DNA from: Octopus vulgaris
Taxonomy: Eukaryota
Assembly (NCBI GenBank): GCA_951406725.2
Contig: OX597815.1
Location: forward strand, 124,930,001-124,994,000
Direction of reading: 5' to 3'
DNA length: 64,000 bases
The notes below the pieces were generated by a model. That model was given only the letters and a program-made list of their open reading frames with translations, searched no databases and was not told where the DNA came from. The position numbers and the translations under genes were made by a program. The number at the start of each line of letters is the position of its first letter. The stretch's first letter is position 1. Of this stretch, positions 38,600-52,849 are shown in pieces.

Positions 38600-40470
38600 G
38601 AAATTTAGTGAAATAAAAAATACAAACAAAAGCACTCAGAGAGCGCAATCCTCCACCAAGACAACACCAACATCCTAATCTCTTTATTACCCACAGAGGG
38701 GACAATACATTACGTGAGGACACAAAACAGGGGGGAAATAGCACAACGTATGAGAAGCATGAAATGACAAATGTAAATGAAAAAAATGTAATGAAGCTAC
38801 TCGGCCCCACCTCCGAGTGACTTCATTTGTACCTTTAACTCTTTTTATACTTTGTTCCCGCTAAAATATCTACCCCATATTTTTCTATCAAATCTTCATA
38901 ATACGAATGGTCTGTCAGTATATCCCTATCTAATTCCACTTCCAAAACCCTATATCCACTTTTATAACTTAATATTTTCTCCCTTTGTTCATCTGTAGAA
39001 AACACAACAATGCCAACTTTTAATGTTATCATAATCCATTGTTCCTACTGATTTGTAATCTTCCCAAGATGCTATCTTTGTACACAATTTTTCGTTACAA
39101 TCGTCATACATAATTGTGCATTTTTCCTTTTTTTTTTTTTTGTCTGTGAGGAGGGAGTTTGAGAATTTTTGTATTTTTCTTTTTCTTGTGTCAGAAGGAG
39201 ATGGGAAAGTTTGGTTTCTGTAGGGGAAGAGTAGGACGAAGAGAGTATGGGTAGTTGTGGGGCGGTTATGGGACTTTTTTCTTTTTCCTTTGCTTCTTTT
39301 ATCGTTGGCTTCCCTTTCATTGTCCTTTTCTTCTGTTAGTATTTTTTATTCTTCCCTATTCACTTGCTCCTCCTGTGGTTCTTTTTCCTGGGTCTCCTCC
39401 ATCTTTTTGGTCGGTGAAGGGCAGTCCACTCTGATGTGACCCTTTAGACAACATTCAAAGTATCGAGAGATTCTACCCTCCACCCTCACTCTCAACATCG
39501 TATCCTCAATTGTAACTGTCTCTGCCATACTTTCCAAATTTTCTTGTGATCCCTGAATGATCATATCTAACGTTTGTCCTCTCCTATTGGTATTTTCAGT
39601 CAAAGTAACCTGGAGGACTTCTATTTTATCCTCGTTACCGAGAAGTACAGTAGCCGCTCAAGCCACATCAATTTCGGGCAGAATCCCCTCTACCCTAACC
39701 TTGGAATCTCACCTTCCAAGGTATGTGGGTAGAAGTACCATACTATCAGTTCTTAACGGAGTTGCCGAATATTGTCTTGCCTTGGCTGTCTCTCTGAGGC
39801 GAACCTCCACTGTACCAAATTTACCTCCCTGACAAGATACGTAATATCTTGCCAAATAGCTTTCAAAGACTTCTCTATTTTATGTTGGCATAATTTCAGT
39901 TTTCTTCGCTTCTGTAGAATAAGCGTTGTAAATAATTGTCTTTCCGTTCTTAACTTTCATGACTCCTTGAGGAAGGGTCAACTTTACATCGCCACGCACT
40001 CTATTTAACATCTTCTTGTAACTCTTTAACTTGGTTAAATTTACCTCCTTATTCTGTGCCTCTGCAAAGTTTGAAAAACTTTTCTTTTCTTCCATTTTCT
40101 TGTCCATTTCTTTAATACATTTTACAAGTTAGTCTTCGAGGAAGACAGCTCCGAAGAGCTGCAATACGCGTACAACTTTCCAAAACAAGCTACCACAAAG
40201 CAGCAAAACAGTTCACAAAACGAACACTAACACAAAATTACGACACAAAATTACGACACAAAATTGCGACACTAAATTGCGACCCTAAATTTCAACACAA
40301 ACCTTACACGTCTTAACACTATGAAAAGTACCAGTAGAATAACTTACTAACAACCTGAGGAAAAACCAATGTCCTCTCAACGATTAGCGAAAGATGACTT
40401 TTAAAAGGAGATTATCTGAAATAAACTCGACTGTTCTCACAAACGAGAATACTAAAAATGAACCCGACCT
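38600..40470 (-). mobile_element. Decayed element encoding an L1/Tx1-type ORF1 (gag-like, CCHC knuckle) with no ORF2
   Basis: Colinear ORF pieces from 40107 to 38835, with VRVEGRISRYFECCLKGHIRVDCP (degenerate CX2CX4HX4C) followed by a charged low-complexity region. Stops and frameshifts are present. Confidence 0.65.
40230..40301. repeat. 13-bp tandem repeat (acacaaaattacg), ~5.5 units, in the 5' UTR of the ORF1 element
   Basis: Direct reading, with progressive divergence of units. Confidence 0.88.
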
Positions 40471-40484
40471 CTCAAAAATTAAGT

Positions 40485-40700
40485 AAAAAAAAAAAACGGG
40501 AAAAATAATCCAAAATCCTTTTCCGGTACTGGGTCGATCCCAAAATCTAATCAGTTCGTGTCAGTCACGAGGCCAAACATCCCTGAAGGTTTCATCCGAA
40601 TCCTTTCAGCAGTTCTTGAGATATCTTGTCTACAGACAAACCAACAAACAAACGCGACCGAAAACAATACCTCCGCCTTCACTGAGGTGGAGGTAATTTA
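40485..40700 (+). mobile_element. Helentron/DINE-type non-autonomous element 3' end
   Basis: ttcttgagatatc..(ACAA/ACAG)n..gaaaacaa followed by terminal hairpin tacctccgcctt-cact-gaggtggaggta and a T run. Confidence 0.6.
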
Positions 40701-40921
40701 CCCTACTAACTGAATTTATGAGCCAATTTCTGTAATGACGAATTTTGGGTAAGAGATAGTTAAAATATCTACTATTCTTTACCAAGAATCTAATTCGGAT
40801 GCAACCACTACCCAAAGACAACAGTCAAACAGAATACATTCTTCAAATCTGACAACCAGTTTCTACGCCCATATCTTTCATCCATCTGATCTAATTCTTT
40901 GTTATATATGTATGTATATGC

Positions 40922-40957
<36 letters not shown>

Positions 40958-41070
40958 CATTGTCTTATCTAATTATTTTCTTCTATCATTGCGAATATAT
41001 CATTGCGATAAAATATCCCGAATTCATTATTACATCTTCGCCACCTGAGTCCAGGGGGTTATCTAAAGTA

Positions 41071-41071
41071 T

Positions 41072-41134
<63 letters not shown>
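41071..41134. repeat. (AGT)n microsatellite
   Basis: Direct reading. Confidence 0.97.
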
Positions 41135-42080
41135 AGTTGATGGTGATGATCATTATGAGAAGGAGGAAGGGGAATTATAGCAGTGAAACCTGAACATGAA
41201 AGCTGTAAACTTTCCCGTCTTTTATAACTTCTCCTTACAAATCCGTACGGGATCTTGTATGTAGACTATCAACTTGCTTGAAATAGCAGCTAAATCCCTC
41301 TCAAGCAATACCCTACCATCTTAGAAGAAAATGTGAGGGCCCACAGGACAGTATAAAGTTTAGTTCCTGTTGTAGAAAAAGACGAGATGTTCATGGCTAG
41401 AATACTTTCATTTCTTGGTTTATTCTGTTAGAGGCACACCTAGGGTCACACAACAACAACAACAATAACATTCACTACAATATTCTGATGAATGTTTACA
41501 GATTCTTTTGTTCTTTTACTTAGTTCCATCATTGAGGTACCGTGCAGTGGTGGCTGCGAGATCTTAAATTAGTAGACTTGAGCAAAGAGTTACGACATTC
41601 GAGCCTTTCTTAAAGGTCGCCGAAAATGAGTAAAGCAGACCCAAGTAAAGGACACAACATAACCTGGTCTTTATTTATTCAAAATTAATAAGATCGTGTG
41701 AAAATATATGCACAAACTTCTGAAGTAGGCTGAGAGGAATCCAGCTTGGTCTGCGATATAAGAACACAACGATAAACTCTGCGAACGGCGCTAACATTTT
41801 TGTATCAGTTAGCTATGAGAAATCTAAGTGACGCGTAGCAAACTAGAGGAATATATGGTAATGGGGTCAAAGATTTATCAAGATAAATTAGCATCTGAAC
41901 GGACAAATCAATGCTAAACAATGTTTGCCGGTGTAGAGAGAGATTGTCTTGGAAGTCGTCTTTCATTTCGATTCGGTTCTATTAGTGAATAAACAGGATG
42001 ACGAAATATTAGAAAACTGACTGAAAGAACATTTTCGCATTTCGCTTATGTATAAATATACTTGATGTGTGTGTAGATAG

Positions 42081-42140
<60 letters not shown>

Positions 42141-43665
42141 AAAGATTAGATATTTGCCGAATGTCTGTTCCTCCAAAGATTATGGACTCTTTCCAAATAT
42201 TCTTAGCTTGGAGGTGGTACTAAAAAAGAGATTCTTTTAATATTGCAGTATTTCTTGTAGGAGTTAACGAATGTAAGAGAAAAGTATACTCCACAAACTA
42301 CTTTCAGAGAAATAATGATAAAACCAAAAACCGGAAGTCTGATTGACTTGTGACAACAAACACTTAATAATTTCTAAAAGTATTAAACAATAAAAAGAAA
42401 ACTGAGCCTGTCTTGCAAGCTGATGCTGTTATAAAAGTTAATTTCTGTAGCCATGGATAAATGTCTGCACACGTGCAAGTAGGTGGAAATTAATTTTTAC
42501 CAATAAAATGTTGCCGAACAACAAATGTTTGTGTCAATAAGAATAGCTAATACATATGCTGCACAACCGCTCTCAAACGCACAAACATATTTGAATGCGT
42601 ATATATGTATATATGTATTTATATGTGTATGCGTGTGTGTGTGTGTGTCTGTATGTGCCTGTTCGTGAGTATATTTGGCTTTGAACAACTACGTACCATG
42701 CTTTCTTTTGAATATGTCTAATCTCTTACCACCACATGCAATAATGTTAAAGCTATGTGATTGTGTCATAGATCACACTCCTATCGCTGGAAAAGTCTTA
42801 CAGATGTCATAAGAGCTTCCCTACGGCTATTATATAAGCCTAAGGCCAGCATGATGTTGTTAGTGTTATGAAGTTTCGAGATAAAACGACGCTCATACGA
42901 TTTGTTGGCGTCTTAATAGTTCATGTTCGTTGACGATAAGTTATTATTTACGTCATATATCTGCGTATGTACTTGTATGTATTTATATATGTATATATTA
43001 TAATGCATATGTTCTGTATGTATGTATGTATGTATGTATGTATGTATGTATGTAGTGTGTTGTGTATGTGTGTGGCTTTATATATATATGTATTATACAC
43101 ACACACGCACACTTGTACGTGTGTGTGTGTTTGTCAGATCATGCAAACTAAAATGACGCCACACGAGCATAACATTTGAACTAATTTGGAACGAAGATGG
43201 CATATTTATTTGATTGGCGATTGTTTTAGGGCAAGGGTTCTAAACGGGGGCCATATGCCCCCCTCCCCGCCAAGAGGCCACTCGGAGCACGAGGGGGCAT
43301 TTTGGAACAAAGGGGCACTAGGGGGCGTTAAGAGACTTGAGGGCGCTTGGGGGCGGTGGAAGACCCTCGTCTTTGATAAGTTTAATTTGAAATTAATGAG
43401 TAGTAGCCACATTTTCACATCTCTGCGACTGTTAGTTTTAAAAACACCATGCCTTTTTGTTTCAAATTTTCAAAAACTTAAACACTATTTTCACTTTGAC
43501 GACACCAAGCAAATTCCTGGAATCATGTGTAACTGGTGTCCCTAAAATGAAACCCCCAAAGCAAAAACAAATACTAAAAATAGATGAATAGTGACATGAT
43601 TAAAAGAAAAAAGTAATGAATAAAAGCGAAATGTTCTGTGTGTATGTGTGAGTGTGTGTATGTGT

Positions 43666-43737
<72 letters not shown>

Positions 43738-44404
43738 ATGTAAAGAATGGTGGTCAGAATTTCGAATCAAACTGGCTTTTGGGAGTGGCCGATAGGTATG
43801 TATTTGTGTTTGTATATATGGGTGTGTTTTTATGTATATGATTGTGTGTGTTGCCGCTTTGAATTCCTTTCTGCGATTGAACTTAAATTGGCCCCTGGCT
43901 ATTAAAGACCCCCCCACACACACACACACACACACACATTTGTTTTAAGTTGTGTACCCATTTGAACTGCGGATAACGTGGTAACGTTACCAGATAACGT
44001 GGTAAGTCTTATGTTCTGAAATTTAAATTTGTTTTAATTATAAAACTATACCCCAGCTAAAAACAGAACCTTTTCTTTCTCTTTTTATATCTTTTGTTAA
44101 TTTCGAATTTCTCTGTTTTTGGTCAGGATTTTCCAATTTTCTGTATGAAGCACTTGACAGAAGCATTAAAAAAATTTAATTCATAGAGCCGAACAAAATC
44201 AAAAATATTAATTTTAATCGTAATGATGGAGAGGAGTAAACATTTTCTAACAAGAGCATAGTGTGAAGGCGATTTGACTGTTATTTCTAGCAAATTGAAC
44301 AACCACACAGAGTACCTCATTGGCTCAAGTAAAACAGAAACTAAAGGAAAAACAGACACTAGCAAACACACACAGACATGTGTGTGTACATATAGATATA
44401 TAAT

Positions 44405-44825
44405 ATGGTGGTTTTTACTCCTTATACAGAATTTTGACCACCTCCTGTACCTACACCTTAGCACCATCTGGCGTCTGATGTGGCTTTTTAAACTAGACAA
44501 TGTTCTGAAAAGACACCTACATAGATTGCGCCTCCGATTTGGAACACCAAGAGCTGCAGATAAGTTCTGCTCTTTGTGGATCTTAAAATGTCTCTTGAGG
44601 CCTCTGTTGGATTTGCAAACCTTCTGGAATACACTGCATTCAAAGGTGTGCACAGACATATAAGCAGAATAGTTGGTGTAGGTTTGTTTTCCATGCGTTC
44701 GCAGATGAGATTTGAGCCCCGCAAAAGACAGGTATGGTCTGCCACAGACTGTGCACACAAAAAGGTGATTGTCACTCACCTTCTCGATCGTTACATTCTT
44801 CCTTAGATCTCTTTTGAGTCTTACT
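44405..44825 (-). pseudogene. Degenerate triple C2H2 zinc-finger coding segment, probably an RTE-type LINE 3' end
   Basis: FVCTVCGRPYLSFAGLKSHLRTH, FECSVFQKVCKSNRGLKRHFKIH, NLCRCLFRTLSSLKSHIR. There are no TGEKP linkers and fingers 2-3 have lost cysteines. Confidence 0.7.
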
Positions 44826-45071
44826 TGTGCTATATATAAATGGGCGGAATTATGATGTAAGCATGTGCTAAAACACTTCATAACTTTTGTATTTTTACGA
44901 ATTTTTACAAAATGTTTTCGATTCTGTCTTCTGCATAATGGAATTGATATGATTATGCATCAAGAAAAATCTCCCAGTCCCACAATTTTTTTTGTTTTTT
45001 AGTTCGTGGTTTTAAAATATGGACAGTCCGAATCTACCATTCGTTTCTCTTTATAGTTTCCAAATAAATTT

Positions 45072-45183
45072 ATATCAACATGTTTGGTGTTCCGGAGTAT
45101 ATTGAAATGCATTCTAGTACATTTGCATAATTCTGTTTTTTATGACATTTAGCACTTTGTGACAATTCATTTATATATCGAAA
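45072..45183 (+). repeat. Copy of 47908-48024 flanked by a 19-bp duplication
   Basis: atagtttccaaataaattt at 45053-45071 and 45184-45202. The insert is nearly identical to sequence 2.8 kb downstream. Confidence 0.9.
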
Positions 45184-46148
45184 ATAGTTTCCAAATAAAT
45201 TTTAATATTTTTATGGAAGTAAATCAGTTGATGTTTTTACACTTTGTCACATAATCTTGGACTTTACATGTGAAATGCCAGTGACATACTACTACAAGTC
45301 CATCAGCAATATTAGCAGACAGACAGCTGTGCATTTATACGATATATAGTTCAAGTAGACGAAAGCCTTCTTATACAAATTCTAGCTGTTTTGATAAGGG
45401 AAATCGGAAAGGTTTGAAATGATTTCATCGGCATTTAGTGTACTAAAGAGCACTCTTTCGATAAGACGACACGTTTATCTCATAAGTGTCGCATGGTGGA
45501 AATAAATGCAATTATCAAACTTTCAATTCACTCCCGACTGCGTACAAGCGCATATGTAAAACGACGTCCTTTATTTTTTAATAATTATCTGCTGATACTA
45601 AAATAAGTAGTATATTGAAAATAAAAATATTTTCTGGATGGTGGCATTTGTGACTCCAAGGGTCAAAAGGGAGCCTTTGACCAAATAGGTTGAGAACCTT
45701 TGTTTTAGGGCAAAAGAAATCTATTTACGGATGGGTGTGCAGTGTACATAGTAGTTATAGTTGTTGATTGAAGCCATTAAAATTCGCTTATGTCTTTATA
45801 TATGATCTCCACGGGCCAGGGTTCATGAGTCAACACAAGTATGTGCAGGTCCGGGCAACGTTTTTAGGGGGAAATATATCGGCTATTTATGCATACAAGT
45901 CGCCCTTCACCGCGCCACCGATACCCAAGGATAAGGATTCCACCATAGAACCGTCACAGCTGGGCAGTCTGTATTGTCACAAGTGTTGCAAAGAGCTGGA
46001 ACTGCTACTTCAGGACATCTTGATGATAGAAATTACTTTCACTAAGTCACAGTTCCCTCACAAGAAGCCTCTTTCTCATTCTCACACACACACACACACT
46101 CATCCCTCTCTCTTTCTCCTTCTCTCTCACTTATCCTCTCTCTTTTTC

Positions 46149-46250
<102 letters not shown>

Positions 46251-49244
46251 GTTGCCTTTTTAGGAAAACTCTGCAATATTTGTCTGTCCTATCAAATTCA
46301 GAGCTTGTACCCTACCGAATTTAAAGTAACCATTCACTTATCTAGAGTCGACAGAAATACCAGTGACTATCCAACAGATTATGTACATTACTCTACACAT
46401 TGACTTGTGCCAAAGTTAGGAATCCATATTTTGTGATATATTTGGCTGCTTATATTGGAATGAAAACGTGGCACAACAAACACTTTTTAAACAACTGCCA
46501 TTTCTTTTTCTTATATTATTTGCCACCTGCACAATATTGATTTCCTTCTATACAAAGCTGCAATTTTGATATTTTGTCGATTATTCACAATATCAGGTTG
46601 TGCAAGTAAATATACAAGTCAAGAAAATTATATTGTTTTACATTAAGACGTATCAACTTCTCCTAGCAAATTTAATTGTTTTATATTTTAACATTAAATG
46701 TGATCAGTATTTCTTGTCTACATTATCATATGATTATCAATGTATTAGAAATAATCTGTCAGCAAGCCAAAACTGCAGCACAGTGTCATAATTCAGCTGG
46801 AGCTATTTCACTTAACTTGTATTGAAAGGGTCGAATAATTAGCGATGCTAGGCGTCGGTTTCCTTTTTATTTAAGTCTTTGATGCCCCTCAACAAGGCAT
46901 AGAATTTCCAGCAGTGTTGTAGACAAGTACGTTGTGAGGATATCGTTTTACTAACTAAAAGGCCCAGGTTTTTATCCTACCCTAGTGTTATACTATATCC
47001 ATGTCCAAGATACTTAGATCTTACTGATTTACATGTATGCAAACATGTTCGATGGGAGTTTTCTTTCTGAAGTGATTTACCGTTGCTCTTTTCAAAGAAA
47101 TGGAATGCTTTAAACTCAGCCCTACAATCTAGCAGAACGCTAATTAATTATACAGTGCTCCGGCATCTATCAGCATGGTGCTGTACCTCCTCATATTACC
47201 TAAGAAGCCAGGTAAATTATCCTGTAGTGGCTAAATTATTTGATATGAATACAACGTAATACTAGAGACGGCATACGAATCAACGACCTTTTGAATGATA
47301 ATCTGATCCCTTGGACAGCTGCTAGAATAATATCCAATCTCTTTATTAAATCAAGATGATAAAAATTATTGGAATTCCGTAACTATTTTACTTAAGCGCG
47401 AGACTACAGATTTATTAGAAAAATGAGATTTCGAAAAGCGTATGCATGTCTGAAAGATATTAAGAGGCGTGAAAAAAAAAGATTGTTTACAAACTCTCTT
47501 AGCTGAAACTTTTCCTTCGCTATCCTGTATTCTCAACAATCCAAGACTACATACATAACTTCATCAATCTGTTATGTTTACAAATGGGGAGTGGCAGGAT
47601 AAAATAGTCAAGTGTCAAATATCTGTAACTTTAAGCTTTTTTTATAGCTTTTTAGTCCCTTTATTATCTCTGTGAGCTATTTTTGTCAATTTCTAATCAT
47701 CGGTATTCAACAGATGATCAGTTATCTTGGTCCCAGGAGTGAAAAGTATATTAAAGTTGTAACATTTAGGTTTTTCTCAGGAATATTAGTGACCTGACTG
47801 AAGCAAAGGGTTCTGTTTACAATTAAGAATCGAAACTGGAACACAGATTTAAATTACTAGTGGATTTGTTGATATTAAGTACTCGACTTGAACAGATATT
47901 TTATTTTATATCAATATGTATAGATTTTGGTGTTCCGGAGTATATTGAAATGCATTCTAGTACATTTGCATAATTCTGTTTTTGCGAAATTTAGCACTTT
48001 GTGACAATTCATTTATATATCGAAAATCGCACATACATTGTGCATGTGTTTTGATTATACGTCAATTTTCCGCGGGATAGCATCCTGGGAAACCTCTCTA
48101 CTCGACACTATGTGTTAAAGAACGCTAAATGTCCCAAACAGGCGAGACAACTCGCTTGAGGTGAGCGGGATTGAGAGATGTCGATATTTCGTTATAGTTA
48201 TAGCTCCTTAGTATCCTTCACTCGATTGGCCTGGAAATTAATTAATTCACCAGTGCAAATTGAGTGAAGTCTATTTGTTGATGTGCTGTGGCATAGTATA
48301 TGTAAAGATTAAATTTCGAATTGAAGGCAGCTCTAAAAATGTAAACATTATCGGTAGTACATACATAGGTAGGCACCGTCAGATAAAAAGATAGATAAAT
48401 AGGTAGGTAGGCAGACTGACAGACCGATAAAATATCTTTTCCTTAACTACATATCAGTTCCAGAGAACCCTTGATTCAGGAATTCATGAGAATATCTCGT
48501 CTTTTCTTTCGAAGTCGGTCACAATTGCCACCAGGTATGTGTTGGACAGTCGAAGCGAAGTCTATGTCAATAAATCAAGAATTTATCTTGGACGGGGTTG
48601 AATACGACCTTAATCGTTTTTGTTGTTGAAATTCAAACCATTGGTCTCTCTGAGTTATTCCTCTTGTTGCAGTTTTTGTTTTGACATCGTATATACAACC
48701 GTCTGCACTTTCGCAGCTCTACTGTCATAATTTTAAGCGGTTAGTTGAAAGATGAACTGAAAAATTTCATGAAACATACCTCTTAAAGTGGGCTACCTGT
48801 TGTCTATTATGGTTAACTGTCGTTCCTGTTAACTATTTACTGTCATAGTAACAAGGTCACTGAGATTGAAACGATTTCATAACAGGGCACAAACCCTCAA
48901 TTAACTTGCTAATCTGTAGTTAATAGTTGATATATTATATTTTACAATAAAATTAATCTGAACCCCAAAATTATTTAAATAAACAGCTAAATAGTACAAT
49001 AACTAAGTCATCATTATCATCGACAACAGCAATAATTTCTATTATATGCGACACACACTTTAACCACCGCTAAGTGAGCAGGAAAAGTTTGTAACTCACG
49101 ATTGCTTTACTCAGATAAATCCTTTTATATTTGGCTAACGGTATGTACTTGGTCACTCCATTCTTATCTTTTAGGTAAACACTTACTCGTGGCTTGGTCA
49201 CACCTATTATCATCTACAATCTTCTCTCTTTCTTTCCTTTTCTC

Positions 49245-49276
<32 letters not shown>

Positions 49277-49286
49277 GTCAGACCGA

Positions 49287-49442
<156 letters not shown>

Positions 49443-50059
49443 CTACTACTACTCCGGTTTCACTGATAAAAAGCCAGTTTTATACAAAAGGTTACAAGGC
49501 CAAATACAGTGAATATGTAAGACCTCCCTCCTAATAAATTCGACAGATGTCTACGTCACTTTTCAGACTTATACGGTATTATCTGAAATTGAGGTAACCG
49601 ACTTTACCTAAAGCTCTCGTTCTATTTCTGTTTGCTCTTGTTGTCCTTACTTTTGTTATTAAATGACGGGAGTTCAGCACGCCTACAGTATGAATTTATA
49701 ATGAACAATTAATTCGATTGATCGCTGTAGTAAACAGGTATATGCATTCATAAATCTTGCAAACACATAAATACACATATTTATAAAAGAACGCAAAAGG
49801 AAATGGATTTCTGTCGATTTCGACGATGAGCATTCAGTTTCATCAACTACGTTGACTTAGTGTATTAGTGGCAGAATAAACATGACTGTGTATGGTAAAA
49901 GATAGATTTTAAATTGTATTCGACGGGTTTCCACATAGTGTCCGTCTTCTCAATTTTACTCACAAGGTTTAGGTCGCCGAGGCTATTCTAGAAGATATTT
50001 TCCCGTCGAATGTGGGACTTCATTATTGCGAAACGAATTTAGAAAATTTGCTTCGCAAT

Positions 50060-51960
50060 ACATACAATATCGCAAAGGCATATTCCAAGGAGACAGCCTC
50101 TCTGTGATGTTGTTTATACTTTCTGTAAATCCCATGTCATTCATGTAAGGAAGTCAGAAGGATATCTCACTGGCTCACAAGGAAACAGAATTACACACCG
50201 TTTCTTTGTGGATCACTTTATGCAAAGAATATGCATGAGATGAAAACGCGCCTTGACCTAGTTACAACATTCTCAAAGGATGTAAGGTTGGAGTTTGGTC
50301 AGGGTAAATGTTGTTATATGGTTGTCATAGGAAAACTATAAAGAAGACTAGTAACATCTCCATCAATGATTTGACTGTTTCCCCTGTATTTGACGAGGAA
50401 TGTTACAGGTATCTAGGAGTGAATGAAAATATATCTTACAATGGCACCTGTAACAAAACGCGTGTCACTAAAGAATATTACAGCCTAATAAAGAAAATTT
50501 GGACCTCAGAACTCTCTGCATTCAATAAAACAATGGCCCACAATGTGTTTGCAGTGCCAGTACTCATACCAACCTTTGGGCTGTTTGATTGGACGCTTGA
50601 CGAGATCCGAGTCATTGATTTGAAAGCCCGAAAAATACTAAGTAGCATGCATAATTTCCACATAAACAGTGACGTAGTCCGCCTCTACCTAAAACGAAAA
50701 CAAGTGGGAGAGGTTTAACATCGATCCAAAATGCCTTTCAATGTCGCTTCATATCCCTTCGGCAACATCTTTTAACCACCAAGTGTCGAAGTGCATCTCT
50801 TCACCAAGTTTGCATACATGAGGTTGATAACATCATAAGACTTGGAAAGCAGCTCCTTGAGCAACACTCTAGAATACATACCCAAAGAAGTCGCACGACT
50901 CTACCGCAGTATATCATCAGAGGGAAGGATGAGCCTATATGAGCAGAAGACTATGCGTGGATATGTTAGTAGAAAGCTCCGTGATGATAGTAACATCGAT
51001 CATCAAAGCAGTTTATCATGGACGAATAATCGGATTTACTACCTCCCGCTTTGAAGAGTATACATTTGCAATCCAGGAACAGGAAATATCAACCAAGTAC
51101 CTGATACACAAAAGGGACAGAGATGCAGGAAAATATGACAACCGATGCAAACTTTGTGGAGTTTACAGTGAAGATATCACCCACATCATAAGCAGGTGTC
51201 CGAAAATGTCATCACGGTATTATCTGCTGATGAGACATGACGTTGTAGCTAGGACAGTCTAAAATGAAATCCGTCGGAAGGATAATCCTGAGGACAAAGA
51301 AATAAGAACCCACAATATAGTAGAAGCCATAGCCACTCATAATAAGAAGGAGTACTGGTGGAATGTACCAGTGAAGACCTCAATAAAATGTAAGCACAAC
51401 AGACCTGATATAATGATTTGGGATAGAGAAGAGAAATTGTGCACGTTTATAGAAATTAGCTGCCCAGCGGATGTTAACATAAAGCTGAAGACCAGTGAAA
51501 AAGAGAATATCTACGCTGAACTATTGAGAAATCTGCAGTTACTCTATCCAGGTTTATACCTGTAACTATTAGGGCCCTGGGATATGTAACACATTGCCTA
51601 AATACCAATCTTGAGAAATTTGGCTTCTCAAAACCAGAAAGGAGAAAGCTAATTCAAAGATTACAGATCCAGTCCATGGCTGGAACTGTAAAAATCTGTA
51701 GAACTTTCCCGAAGTTTATCATTTAAATATATATGAGCATGTCTAGATATAAAACTATACGAAACATACAAATCTGCACATACCTACATACATACATACA
51801 TACATACATACATACATACATACATACATACATACATACATACATACATACAAAAATACCCTGTTTTGATGTTGAAATCCAGCGAAGAACCTTGGATCTA
51901 GGTTAGAAACAGGTTCTTTCTCTATTGGCAAGAAATCTTGAAATAAACTGAATAATGACA
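50060..51960 (+). mobile_element. 5'-truncated R4/Dong-clade non-LTR retrotransposon (RT C-terminal part, CCHC, PD-(D/E)XK endonuclease), decayed
   Basis: KGIFQGDSLS, YRYLG, RLYLKRK.GRGL, AIQEQEI, CKLC..EDITHIISRC, RHD, RPDIMIWD..IEISCP. Frameshifts and stops are present, with (TACA)n in and after the 3' UTR. Confidence 0.92.
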
Positions 51961-51989
51961 TACATACAAAATACCTCAAAACGTCTACG

Positions 51990-52445
51990 AAATACTAACT
52001 GCCCCTCTGGCATGATATAGTCGCAAAGCCCATTTACAATGCTAATCACAGGAAGGAGTGCTCTGATGTATACATCAAAGGCATGTCAGAACTAGCAAGT
52101 ATTCACACTTTTAAAAACAAATAATACTGGTGGGACATCCCAACAGACCTGATATACAGGTTGCTGCCAGCGGATGTGAATGTACAATCAAAAGTCTAGG
52201 AAAAAAAGGACACTTATGGCAAATGAATGCGGAACTTACAGCTCTCGTACCCTGACCATGAATTCTCATTTGTACCTATCGTCATAGGTGCATTACGTTA
52301 TGTACCAACGAACTTGCACAAAAACTTAGAAATACTCGCTTTCACGGGAAAAGCGCAAAGGAAACTGACGCGGATTCTCCAAATCTAATTTATTAGTGGC
52401 ACAGTGAAGATTTGTAAGACATTCCAGCAATTCTTCATATGAGAC
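51990..52445 (+). mobile_element. Second, older R4/Dong-type 3' fragment
   Basis: HDIVAK.IYNA, YWWD, RPDI, LQLSYPDHEFSFVPIVIGAL and GTVKICKTF motifs. Confidence 0.78.
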
Positions 52446-52622
52446 TCAGATGTGAATAGTTGCACATATTAGTGAGCACCTACAGTTCAACCAACACACC
52501 AACTCAACCACATATTCACAAACACCAGGAATTCTTTTGACTCAAAAAGTCTTATTGCTCTGTTAGCGACTGACTTAAACACTCTCAAGAACTTAAATTA
52601 AACTCGAAGAAAAATACATACC

Positions 52623-52681
<59 letters not shown>

Positions 52682-52849
52682 GCATGCATGCATCCATCCA
52701 TCTAACCAACCAACCAACCATGCATACATACATACATACATACATACATACATACATACATACATACATACACGGTTAACTATCTTTAACATGTTTGCAA
52801 TAAGATGCAAACACAACAAATCTGGCATAATAATCTGAGACAGAGAAAA

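Larger units (their letters stand above)
43232..45702. mobile_element. 2.47-kb non-autonomous hAT element
   Basis: TIRs caagggttctaaac / gttgagaacctttg, perfect 8-bp TSD ttttaggg (43224-43231, 45703-45710), repeated subterminal GGGGC motifs. Confidence 0.87.

Noticed and set aside
40230-40301. CRISPR-like array
   Set aside because: Head-to-tail 13-bp units with no spacers, in a eukaryotic context.
44123-44881. Functional host C2H2 zinc-finger gene
   Set aside because: Fingers are degenerate, linkers are non-canonical, the ORF runs into repeats and it lies inside a transposon.
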